Below are positions 25,485 through 37,705 of a stretch of 64,000 bases of DNA, piece after piece. A model generated the notes under the pieces. It made no database searches, was not told the DNA's origin, and worked only from the letters and a program-made list of their open reading frames with translations. The stretch's first letter is position 1. Each line of letters starts with the position of its first letter. Source of the DNA: Neoechinorhynchus agilis (Eukaryota; Animalia; Acanthocephala); the NCBI GenBank assembly GCA_051530055.1, contig CM121342.1, positions 10,059,480 to 10,123,479 on the forward strand, in the 5' to 3' direction. A program made the translations under genes and the position numbers.

Positions 25485-25860
25485 TAATTTTTCAATATGT
25501 CGTTTACAAATGCCCAAAATTTTAAGGTTCGACGATTGTATTTTTATTTAAAAAAATCACGTTTTATGCTGATATTTTTTACTAAAAAATGTTTAAAAGA
25601 ATTTTTTTGATATGTTGTTTCCAAATACCCATAAGTTTAAAGTTCGACGATTAAATTTATAGTTAAGAAAAGTCAGGTTTTATGCTGCGATTTTTTACTA
25701 AAAAATGCTTAAAGAAATAATTTTTTGATATGTCGTTTCCAAATACCCATAAGTTTAAAGTTCGACGATTAAATTTTTAGTTAAGAAAAATCACGTTTTA
25801 TGCTGCGATTTTTTATTAAAAATGTTTAAAGACCTAATTTTTCAATATGTCGTTTTCGAT
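25485..25860. repeat. AT-rich tandem repeat, about 116-bp unit, about 3.3 copies
   Basis: TATGT(C/T)GTTT anchors near 25497, 25611, 25729, 25846, with shared AAGTTCGACGATT. Confidence 0.85.
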
Positions 25861-25869
25861 ATCCAAATG

Positions 25870-26180
25870 TTTAAAGTCGCTATCACGTTAGCAGCATTGC
25901 CTCGTTGTACTGCGAGCGAGATATTTTGTCGCAGGAATACACCTGCTAGTGCGTCGCCGGTCGTTTCTCTCAATTTCTTCGAAAGATCCTGGAGCAAAGT
26001 GAGTGCCGAGCTGCCAAGCGTTCCATACGTCTTCTCCGATGGGGACAAAATAGTGGGTCCCTGCTAAATCCACATATTTTCGTACCTTCCTCCCTTCAGC
26101 TGCACCTCCAGCGATTTCAAGAGAGTAGGGAATGTTGCTTACTGCGAGGGTGTCCACACACGTGGCGTCCCAGAGACCAC
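25870..26180 (-). mobile_element. HERO/NeSL-like non-LTR retrotransposon 3' fragment (RLE domain C-terminus)
   Basis: LWDATCVDTLA...AAEGRKVRKY...FVPI, frameshift, then TYGTLG...LRQNISLAVQRGNAANVIAT. Confidence 0.85.
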
Positions 26181-26439
26181 ATAATAGCCCACAATCAATA
26201 CAACCGCCAGAAAATTCTGATAATTCGAGGGCTCAGTTCTCAAAGAAAATCTCGACTGAAAACAAGCAGCGAACTGCGTTCATATCGCCTACAATCGGCG
26301 ATACTGACGCAGACACCTTGAACGCGCAACTTATCGATTGTGCTCAACCTGAGAAGACCATCGCTGCCGGGCTCCCTCGTGTCTCTCCTGGTGTGTTCGG
26401 TTTGCGGTAAGCCTTTTAAATTAAGTAATTTGGGGGGTT

Positions 26440-28805
26440 TTGTTTGCCCATGGTCCCCGGGATCTCCGCTGTAGCGGGTCTGGTTCTGCACTACAATCAA
26501 CCGATCTGTTTATGCCTGGGACCTCTCAGATCACCACTGACTCTATTTCGCTACGTGATATCGTACGGTTTCTGCCCAGGAACGTCCTGAAACGGATCCC
26601 AAAGAGCGCACGATATCAGGTCGCCAAAGCATTTACGGGATTGTTCAATGATTGCCTCCAAAAGAACTGTACGCCATCATATACACGGCTCTTCGTATTC
26701 CCGCGCTTAGTCCTTTGCACCAGTGATGATTCTGAGGTGTCTTTGACATCAACAATCAAGGAAAGGGTGGCCTCCTTCGAACAGATATTCAACAATTTCG
26801 AAATGAAATTTCGCGAGGTTCGCGAGGGATGCACGAAGGAAGGCTGACGTTGCCGTTTTTCAAGGCGATCCCTAGCTTGCGGACGGAGATGTCCGGGGCT
26901 GTTCGGCTATTGTCATCCTCCGACAGTTTTGCAGAAGGAGACAACGAGACACTACAAATACTTCGGTCAAAACACCCATGCAATAGTGACAGTTTTGAAA
27001 TTCCACCTCCCCCCATACAAGACAGGACACTCAAATTTCAGAGTTAAAAAAGGCCATCTCATCCTTTGCAAATGGTTCGGGTCATGGGCTTGACGAGCTA
27101 AGGCTTCAGCACCTAAAGAATATGATGTCCTTTACAACTGGTGAAGCAGCTCTCTCTAGAAAGTGCGCTTTCTCGAATAGTCGACCGCCTGACTGGAGAG
27201 GACCTGAACCCCGTTGCAAAGGACCTATTTTTCGGAGCCTCATTGTGTGCCCTCACAAAGAAGGTAGGATTCGTCCCATCGCCGTGTCTTCGACGATACG
27301 CCGACTTGCAAAAAAATCTCTGTAAACGTATTACAGAGAAAACTGGGCAGCAACTTTGCGCAGTCCAACTGGGCTGCTGAACATCCTGCGGGGTGGAAGC
27401 TATTGTCCACGCGCTCCGAAACTTTACTACGAGGAGTTCAGAGCCGTGCGTGATTCTTAAGGGTGATTTTCAGAATGCCTTTAACTCTCTTAATAGAGAA
27501 AGCATGTTCTGCGCAATTAGGGATCAAACACCAGAAGCCTTCCAGTATTTTCTCAATGCCTACGGGACCGCGACTCCTTTGCTTTTCGAATACCACCTCA
27601 TTTTGTCCGAAAGAGGAGTGCAGCAAGGAGATCGTCTGGGTCCAATCGCATTCTCCCTAACAGTAAATCCAATAGCGCATTCTCTCCATTCCAGCTTCAA
27701 CGTTCAGTACTTGGATGACGCTACGCTCGGAGGTTATCCCTCCGTTGTGCTGCGCGATTTGGAGACGCTGATTAGGGAGACCTCGAGAATGGGCGTTGGG
27801 CTCAATGCTGGAAAGTGTGAGCTCCTAGTATTAAATATCGAAGACGCCGCCAAAATCAAAGAGCTAATGGATGGGTTTGAGGCCGTAGCTCCAGGTCCGA
27901 AACTCGTGACTCCAGAGCAACTCAGCCTCCTGGGTAGTTGCGTCTTTGATTCAAATGTGGAAACTGAGATTGGCGGTATCGTACCGAAACTTTCGTTGCT
28001 GTGCGATAAAATGAGCGCTCTCGCGGCTCACGAAGCGTTAGTTCTGATAAAGAACGCACTCTATCCCCAAATTACATTCTTCAAACATAAGAAAGGATTG
28101 GCTGAACTCGACAACAAGGTGAGGGCTTGTCTCGAGCGTATTTTAAATGTCCAGCTCTCAGATGAGGTATGGCGACAAGCTTCATTGTCTGTGTCAGCTG
28201 GGGGATTGGGCATTCGGGCGCTAGTAGACCTTGCCTTGCCAGCCTTTCTTGGATCGTATGAGGGGAGTCAACCGATAGCGAAGAAAATTTTGAGGGAAAA
28301 GTTCTCTCTTGATTAAGACTTTGTGGTGGCAGTTGAAGAATGGTGCCAGCAGACAGGCGCTAACCATGTTATCGTGAATCGCCTCAGACAGTCGATCTGG
28401 GACAGACCTCTCGTCGCGAGAGCTCACAGCTCTCTACTTTCAGGTTCTCGCGATGGGATCGTCGGAGCTACATTGTTGGCAGTTTCGACACGAGAATCGG
28501 GGGCGTGGTCGGAGGCTGTTTCTCTGGCATCTGTGGGAACTCGTCTCACTGATGAGGTAACGAGGATTGCAGTGTCCTTAAAACTTGGTCTCCCGATATG
28601 CACGCCCCATCGTCGTCGATGTGGGTCTTTGGTTGATGCTTTCGGGCGACAGGGTCTCGTTTGCCGAAAGTCATTAAGAAGGTTCTCACGCCATTCTGAA
28701 ATCAATAGCGTAGTTTCTCGGGCGTTGAGAACGGCGAACTTCCCCAGCATCTTGGAACCCGTCCATCTTTGTCGACTAGACGGTCGTCGACTTGACGGAC
28801 GGAAT
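26440..28805 (+). mobile_element. Decayed HERO/NeSL-like (R2-group) non-LTR retrotransposon: RT, CCHC Zn finger, truncated RLE
   Basis: VLKRIPKSAR; IRPIAV; DFQNAFNS; GVQQGDRLGP; YLDD; GGLGI; C-x-C...GLVC; EPVHLCRLDGRRLDG; several frameshifts. Confidence 0.9.
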
Positions 28806-29074
28806 GAAAAATTGATTTTTTCATTATTCTTCAAGAAAAAGAAGTTTCAGTAGCTTCATATGAAACTCAATTATTGTCAATCACGTGTTTAATTCTATTT
28901 ATAATCTTTTTCTAAGAATTTTAAAATTTAAACCGACACGATAAAATAGTAAAATAAGAAAATCCGAATAACCCAATAATTTCCTCCATTTTTTGGCGAC
29001 ATGGTTTCTCTTGCTTCAAAGTTAGAGAAAAAACACTCGTGATCCGGTTTAGCCCCCTTTTCAAAATTTACTAG

Positions 29075-30121
29075 ATGTGCACTGCATCATCCGTCATTCG
29101 CATGTCCAATTCAACATGGATCAGTGCATTGATAGGTACGGGATTGGCGATTGCATTTGCCATTTACTACAAAGGATTGCTAAATCCTTACATTGATCGA
29201 CTCCAACGACGCCGTGGAGTCAAAACATTGTTCCAACATAACTCCGTCGTAAGCGCAACTTTTTATCTAAAAGATCGTCTTTGGCTCACATATGACACTT
29301 GCCTTCTTGTTTTTGCTTTTCCTGAAGGAATCGAGCAACTTGGTCTTCCTCTTGGTAATCACATTATGCTCAGTGATGTGATTAAAGTGGACGACTCGAC
29401 AACAAAGCGAGTGGCAAGACCGTACACTCCTGTTAGCAAACCTGGAGAACATCTTCAAATCATTGTAAAGGTTTATCGACCTTTGCTTCCCAACTTCCCA
29501 GCCGGAGGAATAATGAGCCAACATTTAGCGGATATTCCTCTTCCTCATGAATTTACAATTCGTGGACCATTAGGCCGTCTTCAGTATGTATCGAGAGGTT
29601 GTGTTCAAATAAAACGAGGAGGTGCTTCCGCTCCCATTTTTGAAAAAGTAAACATCAAACGCTTAGCAATGATTGCAGGCGGTTCCGGCATAACTCCGAT
29701 GTATCAGTTGCTTCAATCAATTCTCGACGACGTTCACGATCAAACCAAAATTAATTTAAAACTGCTTTATTCGTTGTATTACGAGCGTCTTCGAAAAAAC
29801 CCGTAATAAAGCAGAATAATTTTCGCTAACAAAACTCGAGAGGATATTATTTTAAAGCAGGAATTAATTCAATACGCTCAACGACTACCTGAAAAATTTC
29901 ATTATTGGAATGTTCTTGCACACGAAACCGTAGATTTACCTGACAACTCAAGTTCCGGATTTGTAAATGAACAAATCATTAAGGAGCATTTAGAAATTGA
30001 ACAGCCGGACAGAAAGGATTATCTCGTCCTTTTATGTGGCCCTGACCCAATGATTAAATTATCCTGCTTACCTGCTCTTGAAAAACTACAAGTGGACAAA
30101 AGCAGAATCCACATATATTGA
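29075..30121 (+). CDS. CYB5R3: NADH-cytochrome b5 reductase; exons 29075-29756 and 29817-30121
   Basis: N-terminal membrane anchor, RPYTP, KVY, GGIMS, RGPLG, MIAGGSGITPM, FANKT, LCGP motifs; spliced CDS 987 nt; exact paralog assignment uncertain. Confidence 0.88.
29757..29816 (+). other. Non-canonical intron CYB5R (60 nt; TAAAACTG...GCAGAA|TA) with perfect 10-bp terminal stem
   Basis: Removal gives DQTKINLIFANKT, the family spacing; CTGCTTTATT (29762-29771) pairs with AATAAAGCAG (29805-29814); a weak GT-AG alternative (29773-29814) would add 6 aa. Confidence 0.72.
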
Positions 30122-30479
30122 TATTTTGCCATGAAATAAAAAAATAGTCATATATTCTGAAACTTTAGTATGAACAACACATTTCTAGCGGTTGTCTGAA
30201 AGTGGGTCTTCGAATGATATTAAATTACGATGTTGTTCAACGTTTTGGCCACTGATTCAAAAGTTGTGCTTTCCAAGGGGAAAAACAATTTTTAATTTTT
30301 TTATCTCGATAAATCACTAGATTAAATTTAGTGAACATTTTTTAAATGTATAAAAATTGCGCTATTGGAGTAGTCAGCAAAACATTTATGTCCACTTTAG
30401 ATCAGAATATCTTCAACATTTAGGTAATTGTCAGTCTAAAAGTGAATACTCACAAAAAGCCTCGATCAAGTGAATTTAA

Positions 30480-31080
30480 TTTGCTAAAATCGTACTACCT
30501 TCACTCAATCACCCTCCCACCTCCCCCTCTCCTTAACTGCTAACGAAATCACATACATAAAAGATAGCTGTACCAATCACAAACTCTACCTCAACTTCTC
30601 TAAATGATTCGAAATGTTCCCTTCATTCTCCCGTTACCCCACATCATCTCCTGAGCTTCTAAACGACATCCAATGAGTCACCTCGCTCAGAATTCTGGGT
30701 GTTCAATTGAAATGGAATTTGAAACGGGACTCGAACATTACACTTTTAAAATCCACCTCCTCAAAAGTCTCAGCTATTTGGGAAACCCTCGCTCACCTAC
30801 GGCTATCCCGTCTTTTTCAGCCTATCCAAATCACAAATTCGTCGCTTTAAAACGTTTCGTGGAAGAGCCTGTAAAATTTCCGCAGTTATTTTTCTCCTGC
30901 TCTCCAAATGCCTTTATAAAATTTTCATCAAACACTCAAAACGCCTCTCAACCTAATGACCACAATTTCTATCAAATTTTATTCTCCTTTTCAAATGAGC
31001 ACAACACTCGTAATCCCAATGCATTTCATCCTCCTAAACCTCGCACCCTACAAGTCCACGGATTCCAATGCTTTCGATAA
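30480..31080 (+). mobile_element. CR1/L2-like LINE fragment (RT C-terminal region)
   Basis: Pyrimidine-rich sequence homologous to 34500-34950 and 41890-42600; HNTRN-type tail. Confidence 0.7.
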
Positions 31081-32420
31081 ATCCAATTGAATGAGACGGG
31101 TGACGTGGAGGGATTATTGCCGAGGTTACGGGAAATCGAATGTCCTTTTTTGGAAGAAGGATAACTTTAGCAGTTTTCAGACATGAGGGGTAGATGCCAT
31201 ATAAAAAGCTGAGGTTTAAAATGTTGGTAAGAGGGTCGATGAGTTCGGGGATGATTAAACGAAGAGTCCAGCTTTGGATTTCGGATTGATGGGAAGAATT
31301 TCGAGATAATTTCTTGAGACGCAGTAGTACTTTGTATGACGAAACTAAGTTGAGTATTGGAGAGTTGACAGAAGTGTTATTTGTGTGGAGTCTAAAATGG
31401 GGGCAATGACTGTAAATTGAGCCAGAACAGAGGCTCTGATTAATGGAATCTAGAACCTGTTTTAATTCAGGTGTCTTGACGCTAAAGGGAGCAAAATAAT
31501 GATTTCGACTCAGGTCCCTGTATTTTGTCCTTTTTTCCTCAGTAGCAATTGCTGTTCCCCCGGTTTAATAGTGGCGAATTTTATGATGCTGGCTGCAAGC
31601 GCGGCATGCCCGAGAAGGACTTTGCCTCCCCTCGCCACGGGAATACTGTGACACCGTCCGGTCTACGGCGATCGAGTGACAAAGATTGCTCGACTCTAGG
31701 ATGTTGGACGCATTCGCAGTATTTAGGGCACGACTAAGAACTGCGTTCACTTCGGCGTGTCGTGAGTACCTTCCGCCTGATTGCCGACAGACGAGACCAT
31801 GGCGTCCCGATGGCTCCACAGGGGCACTGCAATCCTTACTGTCTCGTCAGAGAAAAGGATACCCACAGAAGCGATTTGGATAGCGTTGAGCCAAGCACCC
31901 GATTCTCCTGTAGCGATTGTCGCCAATCGAGTTCGGTTCACCAGGTAACGATAACCGAGAATCTCACGAAAAACTGCCGACCTTCGTCACTGGGATGTTT
32001 TGAATGAAGAGTTCGTAGTTTCTTCGTTATCTTTGGCGAGACTGTCCATTGATGATAAAAGACGAACTGCTCCTCTGACATCTCCGTGTGCGAGCTTCGA
32101 AGAAACGCGTCCAGCAAGCGGCCGATTTGAGTTTCGGTGGTGGTCAGGCTCCAGGACATACTCCTTACGTAGCTCGCATGCTGTCGAAAGGCATTGAGTA
32201 AAATTTAGTTAGGGAATTTTCTATGATTGAGGTTAGGGAGCACATGGCCAAGGAATGGTCATTTGTGTTGTCAGAATGGGATGTGCGGATGTTAGAGTTG
32301 AATAATTTTATAAAATTTTGGATGTGATGATCACGTTTATCCCAGACGGGAAAACGGGGAGATTTCATACGCTGAGGTGGGGTAGCGGGAGTGATAGGGG
32401 CAGATGAATGGTCAGAATTC
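31081..32420 (-). mobile_element. CR1/L2-like LINE fragment (APE end to early RT) with a nested, internally deleted HERO-like fragment at about 31490-32190
   Basis: Minus-strand SDNTNDHSLAMCSL (APE SDH-like motif) at 32250-32300; nested GRHGLVCRQSGGRYSRHAEVN, RPDGVTVFPWRG and SKLAHGDVRGAVRLLSS. Confidence 0.7.
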
Positions 32421-32817
32421 GCGGGGGGAGGAGTGTGAATACTTTGTCGAGGTGAAAATGGTTTCAGTGTATCGCCACAGATGTTTTTAAGTGTCGATAA
32501 AAAAAAGAGTTCGTCAAAATCAAACATTCCGTATTTTACAAAAACAACACTAAATGGTGAGAAATCCAAAAGATTTCATTACACACGCAAAGCCTCACAT
32601 TTTACATGAGAAAAAAAGACGGTTTAAGTTCTCGTTTCACACAAATAAAATTGACCAAATTCGTCACCGGAGCGTGATTCTTCCGTGTCAACAGTCTTCG
32701 TCTTCATCTGCGCGTGTCTATATTGCGGATTCTTGAGGAGAACCGCACGCACAAACGGGATTCCAGGGTTTGTGTGTTAAATTGTCGTGTGAGGAAAATT
32801 CTTTAATGAGTGTATAG

Positions 32818-33402
32818 ATGTCCACAAGAATGCCGAAAAGGCTTGCACAGGCCGTGATGGGATGCGGTAAGAAACGGATTTGGTTTGATCCTAACGAAAC
32901 GGCCGAGATTAGTAATGCTGCTTCGAGGCAAAGCATTCGACGTTTAATAAAGGACGGTTTGATCATTAAGAAGCCAATAGCCGTTCATAGTCGATATCGA
33001 GCTAGACGGCGAGCTTTGGCTAAACGTAAAGGTCGTCACATGGGGCCCGGGAAGCGAATGGGAACAGCGAACGCTCGTATGCCCCAAAAAGTCCTCTGGA
33101 TTCGACGAATGAGGGTTTTAAGACGGCTATTAAAGAAATATCGCGAACAAAAGAAAATTGACCGGACTTTGTATCATGATCTTTATCTTAAAGTAAAGGG
33201 AAATGTGTTCAAAAGCAAACGGTCTCTTATGGAATATATTCATAAGCGAAAAGCTGAAATTGCACGGAAACGAATGCTTCAAGATCAAGCCGATGCTAGA
33301 AAAACTAAGAAGAGGGATGCAAGGAGAAGAAGAGCTGAAAGAGTTGCTGATCGGCATGAATCGAGGGTAGCCGTTGCAACGGCAGCCGCTGCTCAAGGTT
33401 AA
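32818..33402 (+). CDS. RPL19: 60S ribosomal protein L19 (eL19), intronless
   Basis: [21 protein letters not shown]...[15 protein letters not shown]...[38 protein letters not shown]...[11 protein letters not shown]. Confidence 0.97.
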   Translation: MSTRMPKRLAQAVMGCGKKRIWFDPNETAEISNAASRQSIRRLIKDGLIIKKPIAVHSRYRARRRALAKRKGRHMGPGKRMGTANARMPQKVLWIRRMRVLRRLLKKYREQKKIDRTLYHDLYLKVKGNVFKSKRSLMEYIHKRKAEIARKRMLQDQADARKTKKRDARRRRAERVADRHESRVAVATAAAAQG

Positions 33403-33659
33403 CAGAAGTCGTTTTTTTCTATCTAATCATCATTGGGGTCCAATGTCACTTCGATTTTTTTTAAAAACCGAACACAATTAACAAAAAACAACGCATTCAC
33501 AAAGCGTCTCTTGGACAATCTATTGACCAGGTCTTGTGTCGATTTTTGTGATACGAATTCTGTCAGAGCTCGGCTCTTGGTCAACTGTAGCGAAAAAGCC
33601 GCGACTTCTATTTTTTAAATACAAAAGCGAGTTAATTATTTACATAGGACTTGAAAGCA

Positions 33660-33800
33660 TTCACACCACCGCCCCTCTGGATCACTCCGATGCCGTCCTG
33701 ATTTATACGGCCGAAAGGAACTTATATTTTGTAGGAGGAATGCTCCTTTCATCGGATCGCAAGCGGATTTATTTGCTCGTGATCGCGAAGCAGTTTGGAA
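33660..33800. repeat. Dispersed repeat, related to 52558-52700 and 57644-57786
   Basis: CACCACCGC..CTCTGGATCACTC...ACTTAT.TTTTGTAGGAGGAATG...ATCGGATCGCAAG is shared. Confidence 0.7.
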
Positions 33801-34499
33801 AATCGGTCGTTTTAACGATTTCCATGTTTCGAAGTCCGACCAAAAAATTGACAACAGAAGGTTTTTTGTCTCTGAAATTAAGAGAATGTTTCAAGCCTTA
33901 TGCAACTTTTTGTGTGTTCTTTTTAGTGATGAGAAGAATAGAGGTTAATTTAATTAATTCAAAAATATTTCGTCCGTCTCGTAGAACTTCTTCAGGTCTA
34001 AAAGGTAACTCCAGGTGGCTTCACCCTGAGTTTTAGTCTGTAATCCGCTTCATTTGACTGGAATGTGTCCCGACAGCCAATGTACATCGCTTCAACGGTC
34101 ACACTTCCATACCGATCGTCACTTTGCGTCAGTACATTAATACTGTCAAAATCACTCTTGATTTGATGTCGAGTAATTCACCACTGCAGAGATTTGATCC
34201 GTTTTCCTGCTGACATCTTTACCTGAGTTTTGCCGTCTTATGAGAACATCCAGAAACGCCAAGGAAAATGATTTTTCCATTTCCACGCCCCATTGTATGT
34301 ATCAGTCCTTCATGTTAAACAGATCGCACAATGCATCCTCAGAAAATGTTGACCACTTCATCAGGGTGAACGTGTCATCAACATATCTCAGCCAACGATT
34401 TATTCAAGGTATTGTGGCGATATGATCCTTCTCCCATTTCTGCATATAGAGCTACTATCAATCTGGTTTTTTCGCGTGATCGTTAAATATTCTCTAATC

Positions 34500-35040
34500 T
34501 TTCCTAAGCGACCTCAAACCTCTTTCCTCTCACTCTAAACTCTTCTTATACGCCGACGTTATCACTCAATCACCAGTCCACCTCTCCTTAACCTCTAACG
34601 AAATCACACACATAAGATTTCTGCACCAATCACAAACTCCACCTGAATTTCTCTAAATGTTTCGAAATGATCCCTTCATTCTCCCGCAGCCCCACAACAT
34701 CCAGTGAGCTTCTAAACGGCATCCAATGCGTCACCTCGCTCAGAATTCTGGGTGTTCAATTTTTCATAAAACAATCAAAACGCCTCTCAACCCTACCACC
34801 ACAATTTCTTCCACAGATCGCTCCCTTTTCACACGAACATAACACTCGTAATCCTAATTCGTTTCATCCTCCCTTCACCTCGCACCTCCCTATATCTACG
34901 CTCCTTTTTCCACACTGCCCAATCTTCTCGGATATCATAACTTGAAATGAAACTGAGGAAAGACCAACCTTAAAAGCACTTCTGCAAACAATATCCTTCA
35001 ACTTTAACCCAACCGGATATTCTCGCCCGAGCAAACCTCC
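34500..35040 (+). mobile_element. CR1/L2-like LINE RT fragment, internally deleted relative to 41890-42700
   Basis: KLFLYAD-type motif (CTCTTCTTATACGCCGAC); near-identical 3' part with 42415-42710. Confidence 0.75.
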
Positions 35041-35321
35041 CCCGGCCGGATCTGAGGGACGTGCTGGTAAAGAAAGTTATCCGAGAACGACCTTCAAGGA
35101 AGTGAACCCAAAGAACGGGTTTTCTTTTGGAAGTTCCCTTACCCACTAGAATCCTCAGTGTGATTAAATGAGCTGAAGAATTTAGTGGGATTATGGTCTA
35201 TTAGAAGAAAAAACGTAGATTAAGATTTAAAAAAGCGAGTTATTCCATTGTTAAACACGTTAAAGGACCTCATTTTCTTTTAAGAAAAAAGTTAAGTCTA
35301 CTAACGTTTTATGTGAATGAA

Positions 35322-36325
35322 TTACACAACATATCCGTCTACAATGCAATTTCCGAGCGTTGGCCACTTTGCCAAAACTTCAAATCCGCGTTCGCGTGAG
35401 ATTCTTAAAAACCTTCGTTGTTCATTTTGTTGAGATGGAAGTGCAAAAATGAGCCGAGCCTGATTTGTCTTTACTAATTCGCTGAATTCAAGAGCAACGA
35501 CTGGAGCTTTTGTGCTTTGGTCAACCTCATCATCACCATCGTCATATGATCCAAGTTTCATTGAGTCGACAATCACGGGCACTCGCGCTCCCAGTGGTGC
35601 TCCAGCGATTGAAACTTGTTTTGTATTAAAAGGAAATCCACATTGAGGACATTTGATTGGATAAGAAGTTGGTATGATCACTGGACTATTAGCTTGAAAT
35701 CCCATAAGATGAACGAGTTCATGATAATCAATAGTCTGTTTGGAACAATCGCAATATTTGCATTGAAATCCATATGAATGCATTTTTCACTTTTCTCACA
35801 AATGAGAAATGCTGGTTATGAAAATAGACGTAAAGGTAATTTAAAATATCTTGCCAATTCTGAAAGGAGTGTTACTGTAAATTCTATTTGGCTAGAATCT
35901 CGGGTTGAGAAGTGTTCAAGTGTTTTGGTTAGGAGTCCACATCTAGCGAGATTTTCGTTTAGAAAAACAAAGAAGGTTACAGCTAGGACAAGTGTGCAAT
36001 CAAATCGATTTCCATGATCGATTTGGTTCAGAGTGAAATCGAGTTCTTTTAGGATGCTATCATGCCTGTTTTCACTTGGATACATTTCACCTCCACGTTG
36101 TGGAACATAAGGTATTATAGTAATTTTTGTACGAATGTTCTTATTTTTAAGTAGTTGATCGATTACGATGCGATTCACATATATTCATCGATCAACCCAG
36201 TTTTTAAGTGTACATCTAGGACAGAAAAGGCCGTCGCTTTCAGTGGAGAAGGCGAATAACACCATTTGAGACTCTCGACCTTTCGATGCACAATTCGGAC
36301 AATTCGTGAGATTGTCAGAACTCAT
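35322..36325 (-). CDS. Cys-rich protein with N-terminal Zn ribbon, possibly USPL1 (SUMO isopeptidase)-like; exons 36325-36207, 36149-35819, 35774-35322
   Basis: CPNC...LFCPRC ribbon then FQCKYC and KCPQC; 903-nt in-frame join; similarity to USPL1 is by eye only. Confidence 0.6.
35775..35818 (-). other. Non-canonical intron (44 nt; TAACCAG...ATTCA|TA) with terminal stem
   Basis: TTCATA direct repeat; GCATTT/AAATGC plus inner CTCA/TGAG stem; join gives LRLFS-YGFQCKYC; every nearby AG acceptor retains an in-frame TGA (35789-35787) or gives the wrong frame. Confidence 0.65.
36150..36206 (-). other. Candidate non-canonical intron (57 nt; TAAAAAC...CTACT|TA) with perfect 10-bp stem and 9-nt direct repeat
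   Basis: GTTGATCGAT (36196-36187) pairs with ATCGATCAAC (36163-36154); removes an in-frame TGA; a weak GT-AG alternative of equal length exists (36196-36140). Confidence 0.55.
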
Positions 36326-37705
36326 CTCTTTTTGGAAATAAGCTATTTGTCGTATGGGTGTCGAAGATTAAATCCGATCATTTCTTTCGTATCGACAGAA
36401 CCCACAATCCCCTCGTTTATGACGAGGACCGAATGAACGGAAGGGGGACATGGATCCAATTCTTGTTAAGTTGTAAATGATTCTTAAGATATTCTAAATA
36501 GTCGCAAATGACGGAAGTCTTGGAAAAAAATTAGCTCCACGCTATTTCCTATTGTTAGCTAAATTGCCATCTTACCTAAATCTTCCAGAATATATAAAGC
36601 AGTGAAATGGAAAATGCAATCTTTTTGATCCGTTAAATGTTTTGGGACAAAAATTGCGATCCCACATCATGGAAAGTTTAGCAAATATGACTTTATGATT
36701 GAAATCATCCTTTCCTAACCGACAGTCCATCAACATATCGTATCCGATCGATGTTCGGTCCTAAATTATTCGCATATAATCCCAATTTGAGATTTTTATA
36801 ATGAAATCTTTTTTCCCCGATGCAGTTAAAGAAAACGAACTTAAAGCTTGTTTTTTTCGGTGAAAATTAAATTTAAATACAAGGGAACGTCAATTTTTGT
36901 CCGGATTGCTTTCCTAGTCAACTTCTGTTGCTAAAAAAGAATCAGAGACTTTACATCGAAAAAAACGAAGGTGTGCAATACTCGAAGAAAACAATGATGA
37001 ACTATCTTTTCAATACATTTCACAACCTCAGTCTTTTCAACAATTTTTTTGCCTGGCCCCCAAGCACATCACATTGGGTTTTTGGTTATCCGAAACAGAT
37101 CTCGTGCCCGATCGGTGTTCGGTCCTTACGAGATTTGTAGATTTTCAAGACGTCAAGAATGAAATTCGTTTGTTTTAGAATACATTTTCAGTCCATGACT
37201 CCAAATGATTTACACCTTGAGCTTGAGAATTATTGGCACAGAAACTTTCAGAATTCGGCGTATTCGAGTGCGAACAAACTTTTTGGGCGTTGAAGAGGGC
37301 GAAAACCGACTCACTTTCTTGCCTAACAGAGATAACCACCTTCAGGGTGACGAATTTCGACCCAAATAAACAGAATCTTGTTTCTCAGAAGCAGTCTTCA
37401 CATTTATTAATCATAGAATGGTTGGTTTATCATTTCTTCTTTGCTTTCTAACGCTGTAGATTAACCAGTTTAATTTCTAAATATTTCCATTAAAATTCTG
37501 CATGCATTTCGGTGTGTCCAGATCGGACATCGCTGGTTCAAGTCTTATTCATTTCTAAGGCAACAAAGCTTACCTTTGGATTTGTACAGTTTTAGTAATT
37601 CATATCACTTAGAATAAAAATTTATGAATCAAAATCGAAGTTGTGAAGAAAGGTTTTTTCCTTACTTTGTGGATTTTTCTCAAAGTTATGGATGTTTATG
37701 GGAAA

